From NCBI GenBank assembly GCA_000270325.1, contig BA000048.1, positions 1,346,700-1,410,699 of the forward strand: a stretch of 64,000 nucleotides of DNA. Direction: 5' to 3'. The notes under the pieces are model-generated. The model was not told the origin of the DNA. It ran no database searches and saw only the letters and a list, made by a program, of their open reading frames with translations. The translations under genes and the position numbers were made by a program. This DNA is from Candidatus Caldarchaeum subterraneum. GTDB taxonomy: Archaea > Thermoproteota > Nitrososphaeria_A > Caldarchaeales > Caldarchaeaceae. This document shows positions 1 through 8,837 of this stretch, piece by piece. Within the stretch, counting starts at the first letter, position 1; every line of letters starts with the position of its first letter.

Positions 1-899
1 AGCTGTTCCTCAACATTTCTGTACATCAAGTCTTTCTCTTGACCTGGATAAATGCCGACACCTTCGACTAGGTCGCCGCCTATGACTAGATGTGTTAAGC
101 GTTTGACAACACCATCTCTACCACGGTTAAGCCAATCGAGGAAACTCTCGAAATAGTCTCTCCTAAAATGCTTGCTCCCTACGTGTATATCTGAGATAAG
201 ACATATGTAGGCTTCCTCGGTCTGCGGTGTTCTCCTGAACTGTTGTTCATCGATGTCGGGATGGATTATTTCGGTGAGAATGTTTATTCCGCCTAGACGT
301 TTTATTCTCATCGCCACAACGGTGTCGGTCAAAAGCTCAAGGGCTTGTTTGTAGAGTTGCTGGTTTCTTTTCGAGGCGACGACCTCCAGCTGTCCTGAGG
401 GGTCGTCACAAGTTATCTTGATGTTGCCGGGCCCCTCCTTCTTTGAAAGAATCATCACAGCCACAACCGTCTCTCCGCCGTCGCGGATGGCGGGAACCTC
501 TGAAACCGGTGTGAACTCGAGGCGACGTTTTGAGAGGATGCGTTTAATGAGATGATATCTGCTGAGAAAGTAGCTTCTGAACTCAGCTATGTCGCCCTCT
601 ATTCTGTAGTCGTTGTCGATGACGGAGATTGTCTCGAGACGCGGAACATGTATGGGCTTCTCCGAGGCAGGCGGTGGAGATGATTCGGCTGGTTTTTCCA
701 CCGGCTGCTGAAGGTCTTCGACGTCTATGACCACGGCCTCGGGCCTGTTTTTCTTCAGCCTCTCGATGGCTGAGGTGAGTGCTTGAAAGGGGTTGCTGTA
801 TTCCTCGAGGCGGCGTAGTGCTCTCTCCGTCAGTTGAAACCCTTCACTAACCGCTGTCGAGATAAGCTCTTTGTATAGCTGCCGCTTCTGCAGAGACAA
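1..899 (-). CDS. DNA polymerase II (PolD) small subunit DP1, N-terminal ~300 aa; the 3' end runs off the window start
   Basis: Absent from the ORF track because no stop lies in the window. My translation of the minus strand gives ...EEAYICLISDIHVGSKHFRRDYFESFLDWLNRGRDGVVKRLTHLVIGGDLVEGVGIYPGQEKDL.... These are the calcineurin-like phosphoesterase motifs (SDIHVGS, GDLVEG) typical of archaeal DP1. The only in-frame start candidate after the upstream stop is TTG at 899. Confidence 0.75.
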   Translation of the reverse strand, partial: MSLQKRQLYKELISTAVSEGFQLTERALRRLEEYSNPFQALTSAIERLKKNRPEAVVIDVEDLQQPVEKPAESSPPPASEKPIHVPRLETISVIDNDYRIEGDIAEFRSYFLSRYHLIKRILSKRRLEFTPVSEVPAIRDGGETVVAVMILSKKEGPGNIKITCDDPSGQLEVVASKRNQQLYKQALELLTDTVVAMRIKRLGGINILTEIIHPDIDEQQFRRTPQTEEAYICLISDIHVGSKHFRRDYFESFLDWLNRGRDGVVKRLTHLVIGGDLVEGVGIYPGQEKDLMYRNVEEQ

Positions 900-949
900 C
901 CAATTACGAGGCCCTATGCCTCCATAAATCCGTAAACGGTTATGAGGGG

Positions 950-2266
950 GTGGCCTGTGTTATCCACGTGTTTGCGGTAGCCGGCTGTAGGGCGCAGATA
1001 CTTTTCCAGAAAAGAGGATACACTCCGCATTTCGCCGAATACGTCGACGACCCTCTCACGGGTGACAGAGTTGTCGTCATGGCCGACCCACACACACGCC
1101 GCTCAGCATTCATCTACCACCCCGAGAAAAAACAAATCATATGGGAGCATAGGGTAACAGGCTCCCAGCTTACATCAAACCCCCACATCGCCCGCCTCAT
1201 CACCGAGCCTCTCCCATCCTTCAACGCCAAACCGGGAGACATAGTCTGCGCAGACCTCGACAACCGCTACATCGTCGTCGACCGAAAAACCAAATCAGTG
1301 AAATGGAGCACCGGCTTCAGCGACGCGAAATGGGCCCACGACATCATGCCGACAAAAGACCATGAACACGTGCTCACAACGGATTATGGCAACGGTATGC
1401 TGAGGCGGATAGACGGCTCTGGAAAAATTGTATGGAGCAGAGAGCTGGGGAAAGGGTTGGCTAAGCTATCCCGCGTAGCTGGTGAAACACCCAGCACCGT
1501 GCACAGCAACAGCTTTGGCGGAGACCTGCTCGCTGCGGTCAATCAGGATATCCGCGGAGTGTATGAGCTGCGTGAGGAGGATGGAGAAGTTGTGTGGAGC
1601 TGTCCACCTTTGAATCCTTCGAGGAACTGTACGTGGACGCTGAAGCCTCATGCGGCTGTGAGGATGGGGTTGGCTGAGCTGGATGGGAACCTGACGGTCT
1701 TCAACCAAGAAGCAGGAGGAGGGTTCGTAGCTGTTGACAGAGATTGCAGACCGAGATGGGGTGTCTCCAAGCCACTCTCCCTTATAGACGGCAGACCCAT
1801 CTACAGGCCAACGGCTCAAGGCCTGTTTGAGACCACGCACGTCTTCCTCACACCAAACGGGTTTCTGGGACTGATTGACTGGGACGGTGACAACTATTCC
1901 ACGGTATATGAGCTTCTCGAACCACCCCGCGGCGGAACACTAACATGGCTGCTGGCCTGGAACCACGAAACAGCGGGTGTTGAAGAGTTTCTCGACCCGC
2001 CTATCGAGACATGTGAGTGGCGGGAAACTGTGCTGCATGTCATCAACCATGGAGACGGCAGGCTGAAGCTGAAGCTGCTCGCCACACATTCACCCATAGT
2101 GGACACGGGGGAGACATGGGGCTGGAGCTGGTTCACGTATGAAACTTTAACGGTTGAGCCGGGTGGACACGGTGAAGCAAGAGTAGACGGTTTCTCGGCT
2201 GTGCGCGTGGCCGCTTCCTCGGAGGGGCGCTGCAGATACAGCGTCTTCGTCGTAAACAGGGGCTGA
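950..2266 (+). CDS. Hypothetical protein, probable beta-propeller plus beta-rich C-terminal domain
   Basis: 438-aa ORF without a signal peptide. Motifs IIWEH, VKWST, IVWSR, VVWSC and PRWGV recur about every 50 aa, as expected for propeller blades (PQQ-/arylsulfotransferase-like). The GTG start at 950 is uncertain; the first ATG is Met44. Confidence 0.45.
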   Translation: MACVIHVFAVAGCRAQILFQKRGYTPHFAEYVDDPLTGDRVVVMADPHTRRSAFIYHPEKKQIIWEHRVTGSQLTSNPHIARLITEPLPSFNAKPGDIVCADLDNRYIVVDRKTKSVKWSTGFSDAKWAHDIMPTKDHEHVLTTDYGNGMLRRIDGSGKIVWSRELGKGLAKLSRVAGETPSTVHSNSFGGDLLAAVNQDIRGVYELREEDGEVVWSCPPLNPSRNCTWTLKPHAAVRMGLAELDGNLTVFNQEAGGGFVAVDRDCRPRWGVSKPLSLIDGRPIYRPTAQGLFETTHVFLTPNGFLGLIDWDGDNYSTVYELLEPPRGGTLTWLLAWNHETAGVEEFLDPPIETCEWRETVLHVINHGDGRLKLKLLATHSPIVDTGETWGWSWFTYETLTVEPGGHGEARVDGFSAVRVAASSEGRCRYSVFVVNRG

Positions 2267-2323
2267 CGCATTTTCGGACAGCTCTCTCAACTTATCAACA
2301 GCCGCTGGAACAGTTTACGTGGT

Positions 2324-2620
2324 ATGGGGAGGAACGCCGCAACCTATCGCCAGCTCCTCGAGGAGGAGGTGCGTGGATGGTCAGGCTTCAGAGAAGCTCT
2401 CCGCAGAGAAGAACGTGAAGCCTTCGACAACCTGGTCAACCAAGCATTCCGCTACGTCCACGCGGGAACCATGAACCCCCTCCGCAGAGCCTTCGACAAC
2501 CTCACCATGTCACTCCTCCTTTCACACGAGGAACGGCTCCGACAGCTCGAGGAAACCCTGCGAAAAACCATGCAAATAGACAACCGATACCCAACCCTCA
2601 ACCACTTCCTCGAAAAATGA
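2324..2620 (+). CDS. Hypothetical small helical protein (98 aa)
   Basis: ATG-initiated ORF with charged, helical composition and no recognisable motif. Confidence 0.4.
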   Translation: MGRNAATYRQLLEEEVRGWSGFREALRREEREAFDNLVNQAFRYVHAGTMNPLRRAFDNLTMSLLLSHEERLRQLEETLRKTMQIDNRYPTLNHFLEK

Positions 2621-2633
2621 GTTATATAATCCC
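2621..2633 (+). promoter_or_regulatory. TATA box (GTTATATAATCCC) for the downstream tRNA
   Basis: TTATATAA at 2622-2629 lies about 30 nt upstream of tRNA position 1 (2658), the usual archaeal spacing. Confidence 0.5.
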
Positions 2634-2657
2634 GAAAACATCCAAAAAAGGCGGACA

Positions 2658-2732
2658 GGGCCCGTAGCTCAGCCAGGTTAGAGCGCCAGGCTCATAACCT
2701 GGTGGCCGTGGGTTCGAATCCCACCGGGCCCA
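2658..2732 (+). tRNA. tRNA with CAU anticodon (elongator tRNA-Met, or tRNA-Ile2 if C34 is agmatidinylated)
   Basis: Hand-folded cloverleaf: acceptor GGGCCCG/CGGGCCC, D arm GCUC..GAGC, anticodon arm CCAGG-CUCAUAA-CCUGG, T arm GUGGG-UUCGAAU-CCCAC, discriminator A. No intron and no encoded CCA. It is not an initiator, because it has G1:C72 rather than A1:U72. Confidence 0.9.
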
Positions 2733-2740
2733 CAGAGCAG

Positions 2741-3454
2741 CTATAGTCCAAGATATGTTTTTTTGAGATGTTCGTTGTTGGCGACTTCTGTGCTTGGGCC
2801 CTGTATGGCTATTTTGCCGTTTTCCATGACATAGGCGGTGTCGCTTATAGACAGGGCTCTTTCGACGAACTGGTCCACGACGAGGATGGTTAACCCTGTT
2901 TCACGGAGTTCTTCGAGTTTTTTGAAGATTAGGTCGACGAGCTTAGGGGCGAGGCCGCTGCTCGGCTCATCAACTATGAGGAGGTCCGAGGGTGTTATGA
3001 GGGCCCGTGCTATGGCGAGCATCTGAGCCTCTCCACCGCTCAGCAGCCGAGCGGGCTGGTTTCTCCTCTCCTTCAACACCGGGAAAAGCTCTAAAACAAT
3101 CTCAAGCCTCTCCTCAAACTCGTCCTGCCGCCGAAGCATGTAGGCCCCCATCAACAGGTTGTCCATCACCGTCAGATTCGGGAAAAGCCTCCGCCCCTCA
3201 GGCACCAACGACAATCCCATCTGCCTCATCCTGTGAGCAGGATACCCTGTAACATCCACTCCCTTGAAAAAGACATGGCCGCTGTAGGGCTTGAGCAACC
3301 CTGTCAAAACCTTTATCAAAGTCGTTTTGCCGGCGCCGTTGGCCCCTATCAAGGCTGTGACAGACTTTTCCTCCACCTTGAAGTCTATGTTCCAGAGAAT
3401 CTGGAGAGGGCCGTAGCCGGCGTTCAGAGCTTTTGTTTCGAGAAGCGTCATCAT
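2741..3454 (-). CDS. livF: Branched-chain amino acid ABC transporter ATP-binding protein LivF
   Basis: Walker A GANGAGKTT, signature LSGGE, and the LivF-type motif VPEGRRLFPNLTVMDNL. I prefer the ATG at 3454, preceded by GGTGAGG 10 nt after the livG stop, over the track TTG at 3487. Confidence 0.9.
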   Translation of the reverse strand: MMTLLETKALNAGYGPLQILWNIDFKVEEKSVTALIGANGAGKTTLIKVLTGLLKPYSGHVFFKGVDVTGYPAHRMRQMGLSLVPEGRRLFPNLTVMDNLLMGAYMLRRQDEFEERLEIVLELFPVLKERRNQPARLLSGGEAQMLAIARALITPSDLLIVDEPSSGLAPKLVDLIFKKLEELRETGLTILVVDQFVERALSISDTAYVMENGKIAIQGPSTEVANNEHLKKTYLGL

Positions 3455-3464
3455 CCTCACCTCT

Positions 3465-4199
3465 TCATGACCCGGTTTTTCCACCAAGATAGGCTTCGAT
3501 GACCTTGAGGTTGCTGCTCACTTCGCTGGGCGAGCCCTCAGCGATGACTTCGCCATAGTTCAGCACAACCACCCTATCCGAAATATTCATCACAAACCTC
3601 ATAACATGCTCCACAAGCAGAACCGTGACACCCATCTCATCCCTAATCCTCTTCACGAGCGCGGTCATGGAGTCAACCTCCGCCGGCGTCAACCCCGCGA
3701 CAATCTCATCAAGCATTAGAAGCTTCGGCTGCGTCGCGAGACTCCGCGCCAGCTCCACAAGCTTCAGCTGAGGAGTGTTCAGCTCACGTGCATATCTATC
3801 CCTAAGATGATAGACGCCTGTGAGCTTCATGGCTTCCTCAGCCCGCTGCCTCGCACTATCTTCGTTTCTTTCTCTAAGGTATGCCCCGACGAGAACGGTT
3901 TCGTAGACGGTCATGCCGAGGAATGGTTTGACTATCTGGAAGGTGCGTGCTACGCCTCGTGCCGCTATCTGGTGAGGCTGTAGACCTGTTACGTCTTCTC
4001 CGAAGAGCTTCACCCTGCCCCTGTCGGGTTTTATGAAGCCTGTGACGATGTTGAAGAGCGTTGTTTTGCCCGCGCCGTTCGGGCCTATCAAGCCCACAAC
4101 CTCGCCCACTTGGACACGCATGTTGACGTTGGTTAAAGCCGCGAGTGCTCCAAAGTTCTTGGATATTCCCTCGAGAACCAAGGCGTCCATGGAATTCAC
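3465..4199 (-). CDS. livG: Branched-chain amino acid ABC transporter ATP-binding protein LivG
   Basis: GPNGAGKTTLFN Walker A, LivG-type layout, and 4-nt overlap with livM. Confidence 0.9.
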   Translation of the reverse strand: MNSMDALVLEGISKNFGALAALTNVNMRVQVGEVVGLIGPNGAGKTTLFNIVTGFIKPDRGRVKLFGEDVTGLQPHQIAARGVARTFQIVKPFLGMTVYETVLVGAYLRERNEDSARQRAEEAMKLTGVYHLRDRYARELNTPQLKLVELARSLATQPKLLMLDEIVAGLTPAEVDSMTALVKRIRDEMGVTVLLVEHVMRFVMNISDRVVVLNYGEVIAEGSPSEVSSNLKVIEAYLGGKTGS

Positions 4200-5161
4200 C
4201 GTCCCGAAGAGACTGTGAAACGCTTAGCCAGAGAGTCGATCAGAGGACCAAGACCATCTGGCTTGAACATGATTATGATGACGAGGATGATGCCGAAGAT
4301 TACTTGGTGGAGGCCGATTATCACGGCGCCGAGGGTGATTCTCAGATATTCCTGGACTGTGAGCAGGATTATTGAGACTATCGGTGGCCCGAGAAGGTGG
4401 CCTAGTCCTCCGACTATTGCAAGGGTCGCTGTCTGGATGCTTATCCAGCTGTCGAAAAGTGTTGGATGATAGAAGCCGACCATGCTTGCGTAGATTCCAC
4501 CCGTCACCGCGGCTATGAAGCTGTATATCATCAGTGCTTGTAGCTTGTAGCGTCTGACGTCGACGCCCAGCATCTCCGCAGCCTCTTCGTTCTCCCTGAT
4601 GCTTATGAGGTAGAGGCCCGTTTTGCTCCGCCGTATCCGCGAGACTATTAGGAAGGTGGCTGCGAGGAGCGCTGCCGTGATGTAGTAGTAGAAGATTTTC
4701 GTGCCTGCTCTCATGAAGAGGGGGTCAAACTCGGCATAAGGAATGTATCGCTCGAGAGGGCCAGCTACATCTGTCCAGAGGAGGAAAATTTTCTGCAGTA
4801 TGAGGACGAGGGCGAGAGAGGAGAGGGCGTACCACACCTCCTTAAGCCCAAGCCTGAAGCTCGGGTACCCTATGAGAAAAGCTACACCCGCCGCCGCTGC
4901 TCCGCTCACGAGAAGCCCAACCCATCCCGATACCCCATAGTTCACCATCAGAAAACCTGTTATCACAGCCCCGAGTCCATGATAGGCTCCTGCGCCGAGG
5001 TCAAGCTGTCCACCATAGCCTCCGATAAGCTGCCAAGCCACCACAATAGTCGTGTACAAAAGAATCAGGGTTACGAGAAAGAGGTAATATTCGTTGAGTC
5101 CGACGAGAAACGGTACAGCGGCTAAAGCGATTACCGCCCCCAGCGCAGAAAATGTTTTCAC
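4196..5161 (-). CDS. livM: Branched-chain amino acid ABC transporter permease LivM
   Basis: Polytopic membrane protein in operon position between livH and livG. Confidence 0.85.
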   Translation of the reverse strand: MKTFSALGAVIALAAVPFLVGLNEYYLFLVTLILLYTTIVVAWQLIGGYGGQLDLGAGAYHGLGAVITGFLMVNYGVSGWVGLLVSGAAAAGVAFLIGYPSFRLGLKEVWYALSSLALVLILQKIFLLWTDVAGPLERYIPYAEFDPLFMRAGTKIFYYYITAALLAATFLIVSRIRRSKTGLYLISIRENEEAAEMLGVDVRRYKLQALMIYSFIAAVTGGIYASMVGFYHPTLFDSWISIQTATLAIVGGLGHLLGPPIVSIILLTVQEYLRITLGAVIIGLHQVIFGIILVIIIMFKPDGLGPLIDSLAKRFTVSSGR

Positions 5162-5164
5162 GGC

Positions 5165-6043
5165 TTACCTCCTCCCGAACAATCCCTTCGGCCTAATCCA
5201 GAGAATCAGGATGAAGAGGCCGTAGAGAACTATTTCTCTTCCTCTTGGGTCCCAGAGTCCCGACGCCAGAGAGTCGGCTAAGCCGAAGATGATTGAGGCG
5301 ATGAGGATTCCTTTCACGGTTCCGAGGCCTGCCAACGCTACTATGGCCCATGTGAGGAGGCCGAAGAGTAGGCCGGAGGTGGGTGTGACTGCTTGGTAGG
5401 TCATGATAAGGGAGCCTGAGAGACCCACGAGAGCCAAGCTTATCCCCGCTGTGAGTAGGAAGAGGCGATTAGTGTCCACACCCATCAGCGAGACCGCCTC
5501 AACATCGTCGGCTGACGCCCTCATAGCGACCCCGAGTCTCGTCCTCTCCAGAAACAGGTTTAGTACAAGAAGGGTGACCAGGCTCACCAACATGGCGAGC
5601 AGCTTATCCAGAGGCACAATAACGGGCCCTATGTTAAAGGATGTCGCGAAGACGGTGTAGGGCGGCGCCTTTGGCTCGGCTGCCCAGATAGCCAGAGCAA
5701 GGTTTCTGAGCAGAACCAGTATTCCGACTGTTGCCGCTATCTGGGAGAGGGGTGGAGCCTTGATAAGCCTCTTGAATATGCCTAGATAAGTTATTACACC
5801 GATTGCGAAGAACAGGGGTATGTTGAACAAGGGTGTAAGGACGGGGTCCTGGAAAATTGTGACACTGAAAACAAAGGCCATGTACATGGCGAGCATGATG
5901 TACTCGCCGTGAGCAAAGTTGACGAGGTTCGCTACTCCGAAGAGAAGAGCCAGCCCCATGGCGGCCAGAGCATATACACCGCCCAACATAACACCGAACA
6001 AAATAGTTTGAAGAAGCTGGACACCGAAATCTGCACCCAACAA
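5165..6043 (-). CDS. livH: Branched-chain amino acid ABC transporter permease LivH
   Basis: Polytopic membrane protein with LivH-like N-terminus (LLQTILFGVMLGGVYALAAMGLALLFGV). Confidence 0.85.
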   Translation of the reverse strand: MLGADFGVQLLQTILFGVMLGGVYALAAMGLALLFGVANLVNFAHGEYIMLAMYMAFVFSVTIFQDPVLTPLFNIPLFFAIGVITYLGIFKRLIKAPPLSQIAATVGILVLLRNLALAIWAAEPKAPPYTVFATSFNIGPVIVPLDKLLAMLVSLVTLLVLNLFLERTRLGVAMRASADDVEAVSLMGVDTNRLFLLTAGISLALVGLSGSLIMTYQAVTPTSGLLFGLLTWAIVALAGLGTVKGILIASIIFGLADSLASGLWDPRGREIVLYGLFILILWIRPKGLFGRR

Positions 6044-6078
6044 GGCAAATCACCTATGAAAAATAAAAAAGGTTGGGT

Positions 6079-7368
6079 TTAAGGTCTTGGAAACACTGGT
6101 TTGGCCTGGGCTTTGTCGAAGGGGTAGACGAGAACCGGCTTGCCTCCCTGAACCTGTAAAGCGACTGCCTGTGCGTATAGGTTATCGCCGTTGGGTGCCA
6201 GCCTGATATGACCCGATGGATAGGTTTCCGCCGCGGGGCCGCTTGTCAGGTCCAGAGACATAAAGGCCTTCATCAGGTTATCGCCTGACAGAGGGTCATT
6301 TGGATAGTTTTTGCCGCTGACCTCAAGCGCCTCCTTGAGAGTCCAAAGGGTGTAGAATATGATGCCCGCGGCTTCTGTGGGTAGTTTACCGTAGCGGTTC
6401 TGGAAGGCCTGAACCAGCTGCTTGTTGTAGTTGGTGGGGAGGAACGGGTCGTAGCTGTAGGTGTTTATCATGTATTCTGCGGCTTCTCCCGAGGCCTTAA
6501 TAGAGTCGGGGTCGGCGAAGCCTGTTCCACCAGCGCCAACTATAAGCGGAACCTTCAGGCCAAGCGATGCAACAGCTTTCGCGAACAACACCGAATCTGC
6601 ATAGTATGGAACCACGAAGACAACATCGGGGTTCGCCTGCCTAATCCTCTCAATTATGGGGGACATGTCTGTTATGTCGGTGGGATACTTTATACGGTCA
6701 ACAGGTCTTATGCCGAGGTCTCGGAGTCTTGTGTACACACCGTCTGCTGTAACCTCCCCGAACAACCCGTCAAAATGCACTATGACTGGCCGCTGAATTT
6801 TCATACCGTTTTGCTGGAAGACTCCGATGGCGAAGTCTACGGCTGTTGCTCCGTGGGCGGATGCCTTGGGTGGCAGCCTGACGATGTATTTGAAGCCGCG
6901 TGCGGTGAGGTAGTCGACGAGAGCGTCCGCCATAACCACCACTTTCTTCGGCTCTGTGACGTCGAGCATCGTGAGTGTATGGGAGCTGATGAACGCCCCG
7001 ATAATCACGTGAACCTTGTCTACGTTGACGAGCTTCTCAGCCGCGAGCCTCGCACCGTCGGCGGTGCTTTTGCTGTCCTCGACAAATAGCTTGAGCTTGG
7101 CGCCGCCCAAGCTGGCTATACCGCCTTTGCTATTAATTTCTTCAATCACCAACTCCGCAGCCATGCGGGCCTCGTTGCCGAAGACGGCGTAGTTGCCGCT
7201 GAGAGGCTCAACCAGCCCCACTCTTATCTCAGAGACGCTGGATGTCGGTTGCGAAAGAGGCAGAACCCTGGTGAAGACGCTGATACCCACGACCGCTGCT
7301 ATGACAACCACCGCAACTACGACAATCGTCACCGTTCTCGACACAGCTTTGACTAAGCTTCTTTTCAC
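6079..7368 (-). CDS. Liv-type periplasmic-binding-protein family substrate-binding protein, N-terminally membrane anchored
   Basis: 429 aa. N-terminal TM helix (VTIVVVAVVVIAAVVGISVF), then a type-I PBP fold sequence (GLVEPLSGNYAVFG...). First gene of the liv operon, with a TATA-like CATATATACAT about 28 nt upstream. Confidence 0.85.
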   Translation of the reverse strand: MKRSLVKAVSRTVTIVVVAVVVIAAVVGISVFTRVLPLSQPTSSVSEIRVGLVEPLSGNYAVFGNEARMAAELVIEEINSKGGIASLGGAKLKLFVEDSKSTADGARLAAEKLVNVDKVHVIIGAFISSHTLTMLDVTEPKKVVVMADALVDYLTARGFKYIVRLPPKASAHGATAVDFAIGVFQQNGMKIQRPVIVHFDGLFGEVTADGVYTRLRDLGIRPVDRIKYPTDITDMSPIIERIRQANPDVVFVVPYYADSVLFAKAVASLGLKVPLIVGAGGTGFADPDSIKASGEAAEYMINTYSYDPFLPTNYNKQLVQAFQNRYGKLPTEAAGIIFYTLWTLKEALEVSGKNYPNDPLSGDNLMKAFMSLDLTSGPAAETYPSGHIRLAPNGDNLYAQAVALQVQGGKPVLVYPFDKAQAKPVFPRP

Positions 7369-7505
7369 AAATCATACAACCTATCTTGGATGTATATATG
7401 TGTTTGAATAGGTATCCGTGGATTTGCTGGGTAAGGTTGCGGCGATACGTGGGTATTGGCTGTTGTTTAACGTTTATATAAACAGGGGGCGGGGATGGGG
7501 TTGGA

Positions 7506-8837
7506 TTGGTTTCCGACGTTGTTTCATCGGAGGATATGATGGTTTGGGATGAGAACTCTGGCTACATGGGTGTTTCGAGGCTTATGCTGATGGAGAACGC
7601 GGGTGCGGCTGTGGCTCGTCAACTTGTCTCTCATCTTGGTCAAGCCGCTGGAAAAAAGGTGCTCGTTTTATGTGGGCCAGGTAATAACGGGGGGGACGGG
7701 TTAGCTGCGGCACGTCACCTCGCCTGTATTGGCGCCGACGTAACCGTGTTTCTTCTCGCGGAGCCGGAGAAGATAAGAACTGTTGAGGCGCGGGTGAATT
7801 TTGAAGCTGTCCAGAACATGAGGGCTTCTATAAGGCTGTTTACTGTAGACACTGTTGAGAAGCTTCTCGAGCTTGCTAACGTGTTTGAGGAGGTTGACGC
7901 CGTTGTTGACGCTGTGCTTGGGACGGGTGCGAAACCAGGTCTTCCCGACCTCTACAAGACGGCGATAAAGCTCTCCAACGCCGTGAACTGCACACGGCTC
8001 GCCGTCGACCTGCCTACTGGCCTTGACACCGACACAGGCGAAGGAGAAACATACTTTGAACCAGACATAATCGTGGCTCTTCACATGAAAAAGCCTGTGC
8101 ATCAGAAGTTTGTCGAGAAAACGGTTGTGGAGCCGATTGGGATGCCGCCTGAAGCATCTTTTCTCGCCGGCCCTGGGCAGCTTAGGCTTTTGCTGAAGAA
8201 GATTGGTTTGGGCAAGCTTTCATCGGCTCGGCTTGCGTATGTCTTTGGGGAGAAGGGCCCTGTTGACTATGTGCGGGATTTTCTCACGGGGTTGAAGGGC
8301 TCGACAACGTTCTGCAACCTAAACATGTTGGTGGATAACCCTGAGCTAAGATACGCTGTCGCATCCTCTCGCGCAGTACTCCTCTCCCCGGATGTAAGCC
8401 CGACTAGCATCAAGCCATTTCTTCCACGAAGCCAGCCCATAATACTCACCGCGCCCACCGGCTTCCTCACAAACCCGATTTACGTCCTCTGGAGCGATAA
8501 GCCTATGCTCCAAGATTTCAGGGAAAAGCATCGTGATTATCTAAAGGACGTTGAGGAGCTGTGTAGAAAACTGGCGGCACCTGTGTATGTTGTGGGCGAG
8601 GTGGACATGCTCTCCAACGGTGTCAAGTCTCTCGCCAACTGGCTGGGCAAGCCGATTAAGCAGAGTCACTTCCCTTACGCTGCGGCTCTGGTGGCATGGT
8701 TCGTTTCATCGGGGGCGGACCCGCTTCTCTCTATGGCATCCGCTAGCTATTTGCTACGCTCAGCCGAGCTACCGCTGCTCGAAAACCCGAAAAACCTCGC
8801 CGACTATGTTCACAGCTCTATCGAGCGGCTGGCCTGA
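7506..8837 (+). CDS. nnr: NAD(P)H-hydrate epimerase (YjeF_N) fused to a divergent YjeF_C-like domain
   Basis: N-terminal LMENAGAAVA...CGPGNNGGDGLAAARHL is the YjeF_N signature. The C-terminal ~220 aa aligns only loosely with the carbohydrate-kinase-like dehydratase half. TATA TTTATATAAA lies at 7463-7472. Confidence 0.7.
   Translation: MVSDVVSSEDMMVWDENSGYMGVSRLMLMENAGAAVARQLVSHLGQAAGKKVLVLCGPGNNGGDGLAAARHLACIGADVTVFLLAEPEKIRTVEARVNFEAVQNMRASIRLFTVDTVEKLLELANVFEEVDAVVDAVLGTGAKPGLPDLYKTAIKLSNAVNCTRLAVDLPTGLDTDTGEGETYFEPDIIVALHMKKPVHQKFVEKTVVEPIGMPPEASFLAGPGQLRLLLKKIGLGKLSSARLAYVFGEKGPVDYVRDFLTGLKGSTTFCNLNMLVDNPELRYAVASSRAVLLSPDVSPTSIKPFLPRSQPIILTAPTGFLTNPIYVLWSDKPMLQDFREKHRDYLKDVEELCRKLAAPVYVVGEVDMLSNGVKSLANWLGKPIKQSHFPYAAALVAWFVSSGADPLLSMASASYLLRSAELPLLENPKNLADYVHSSIERLA

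Noticed and set aside
2658-2732. tRNA as an integration hotspot or mobile-element boundary
   Set aside because: No integrase, no direct repeat of the tRNA 3' end and no obviously foreign genes flank it. The neighbouring genes are a liv operon and conserved-looking chromosomal genes.
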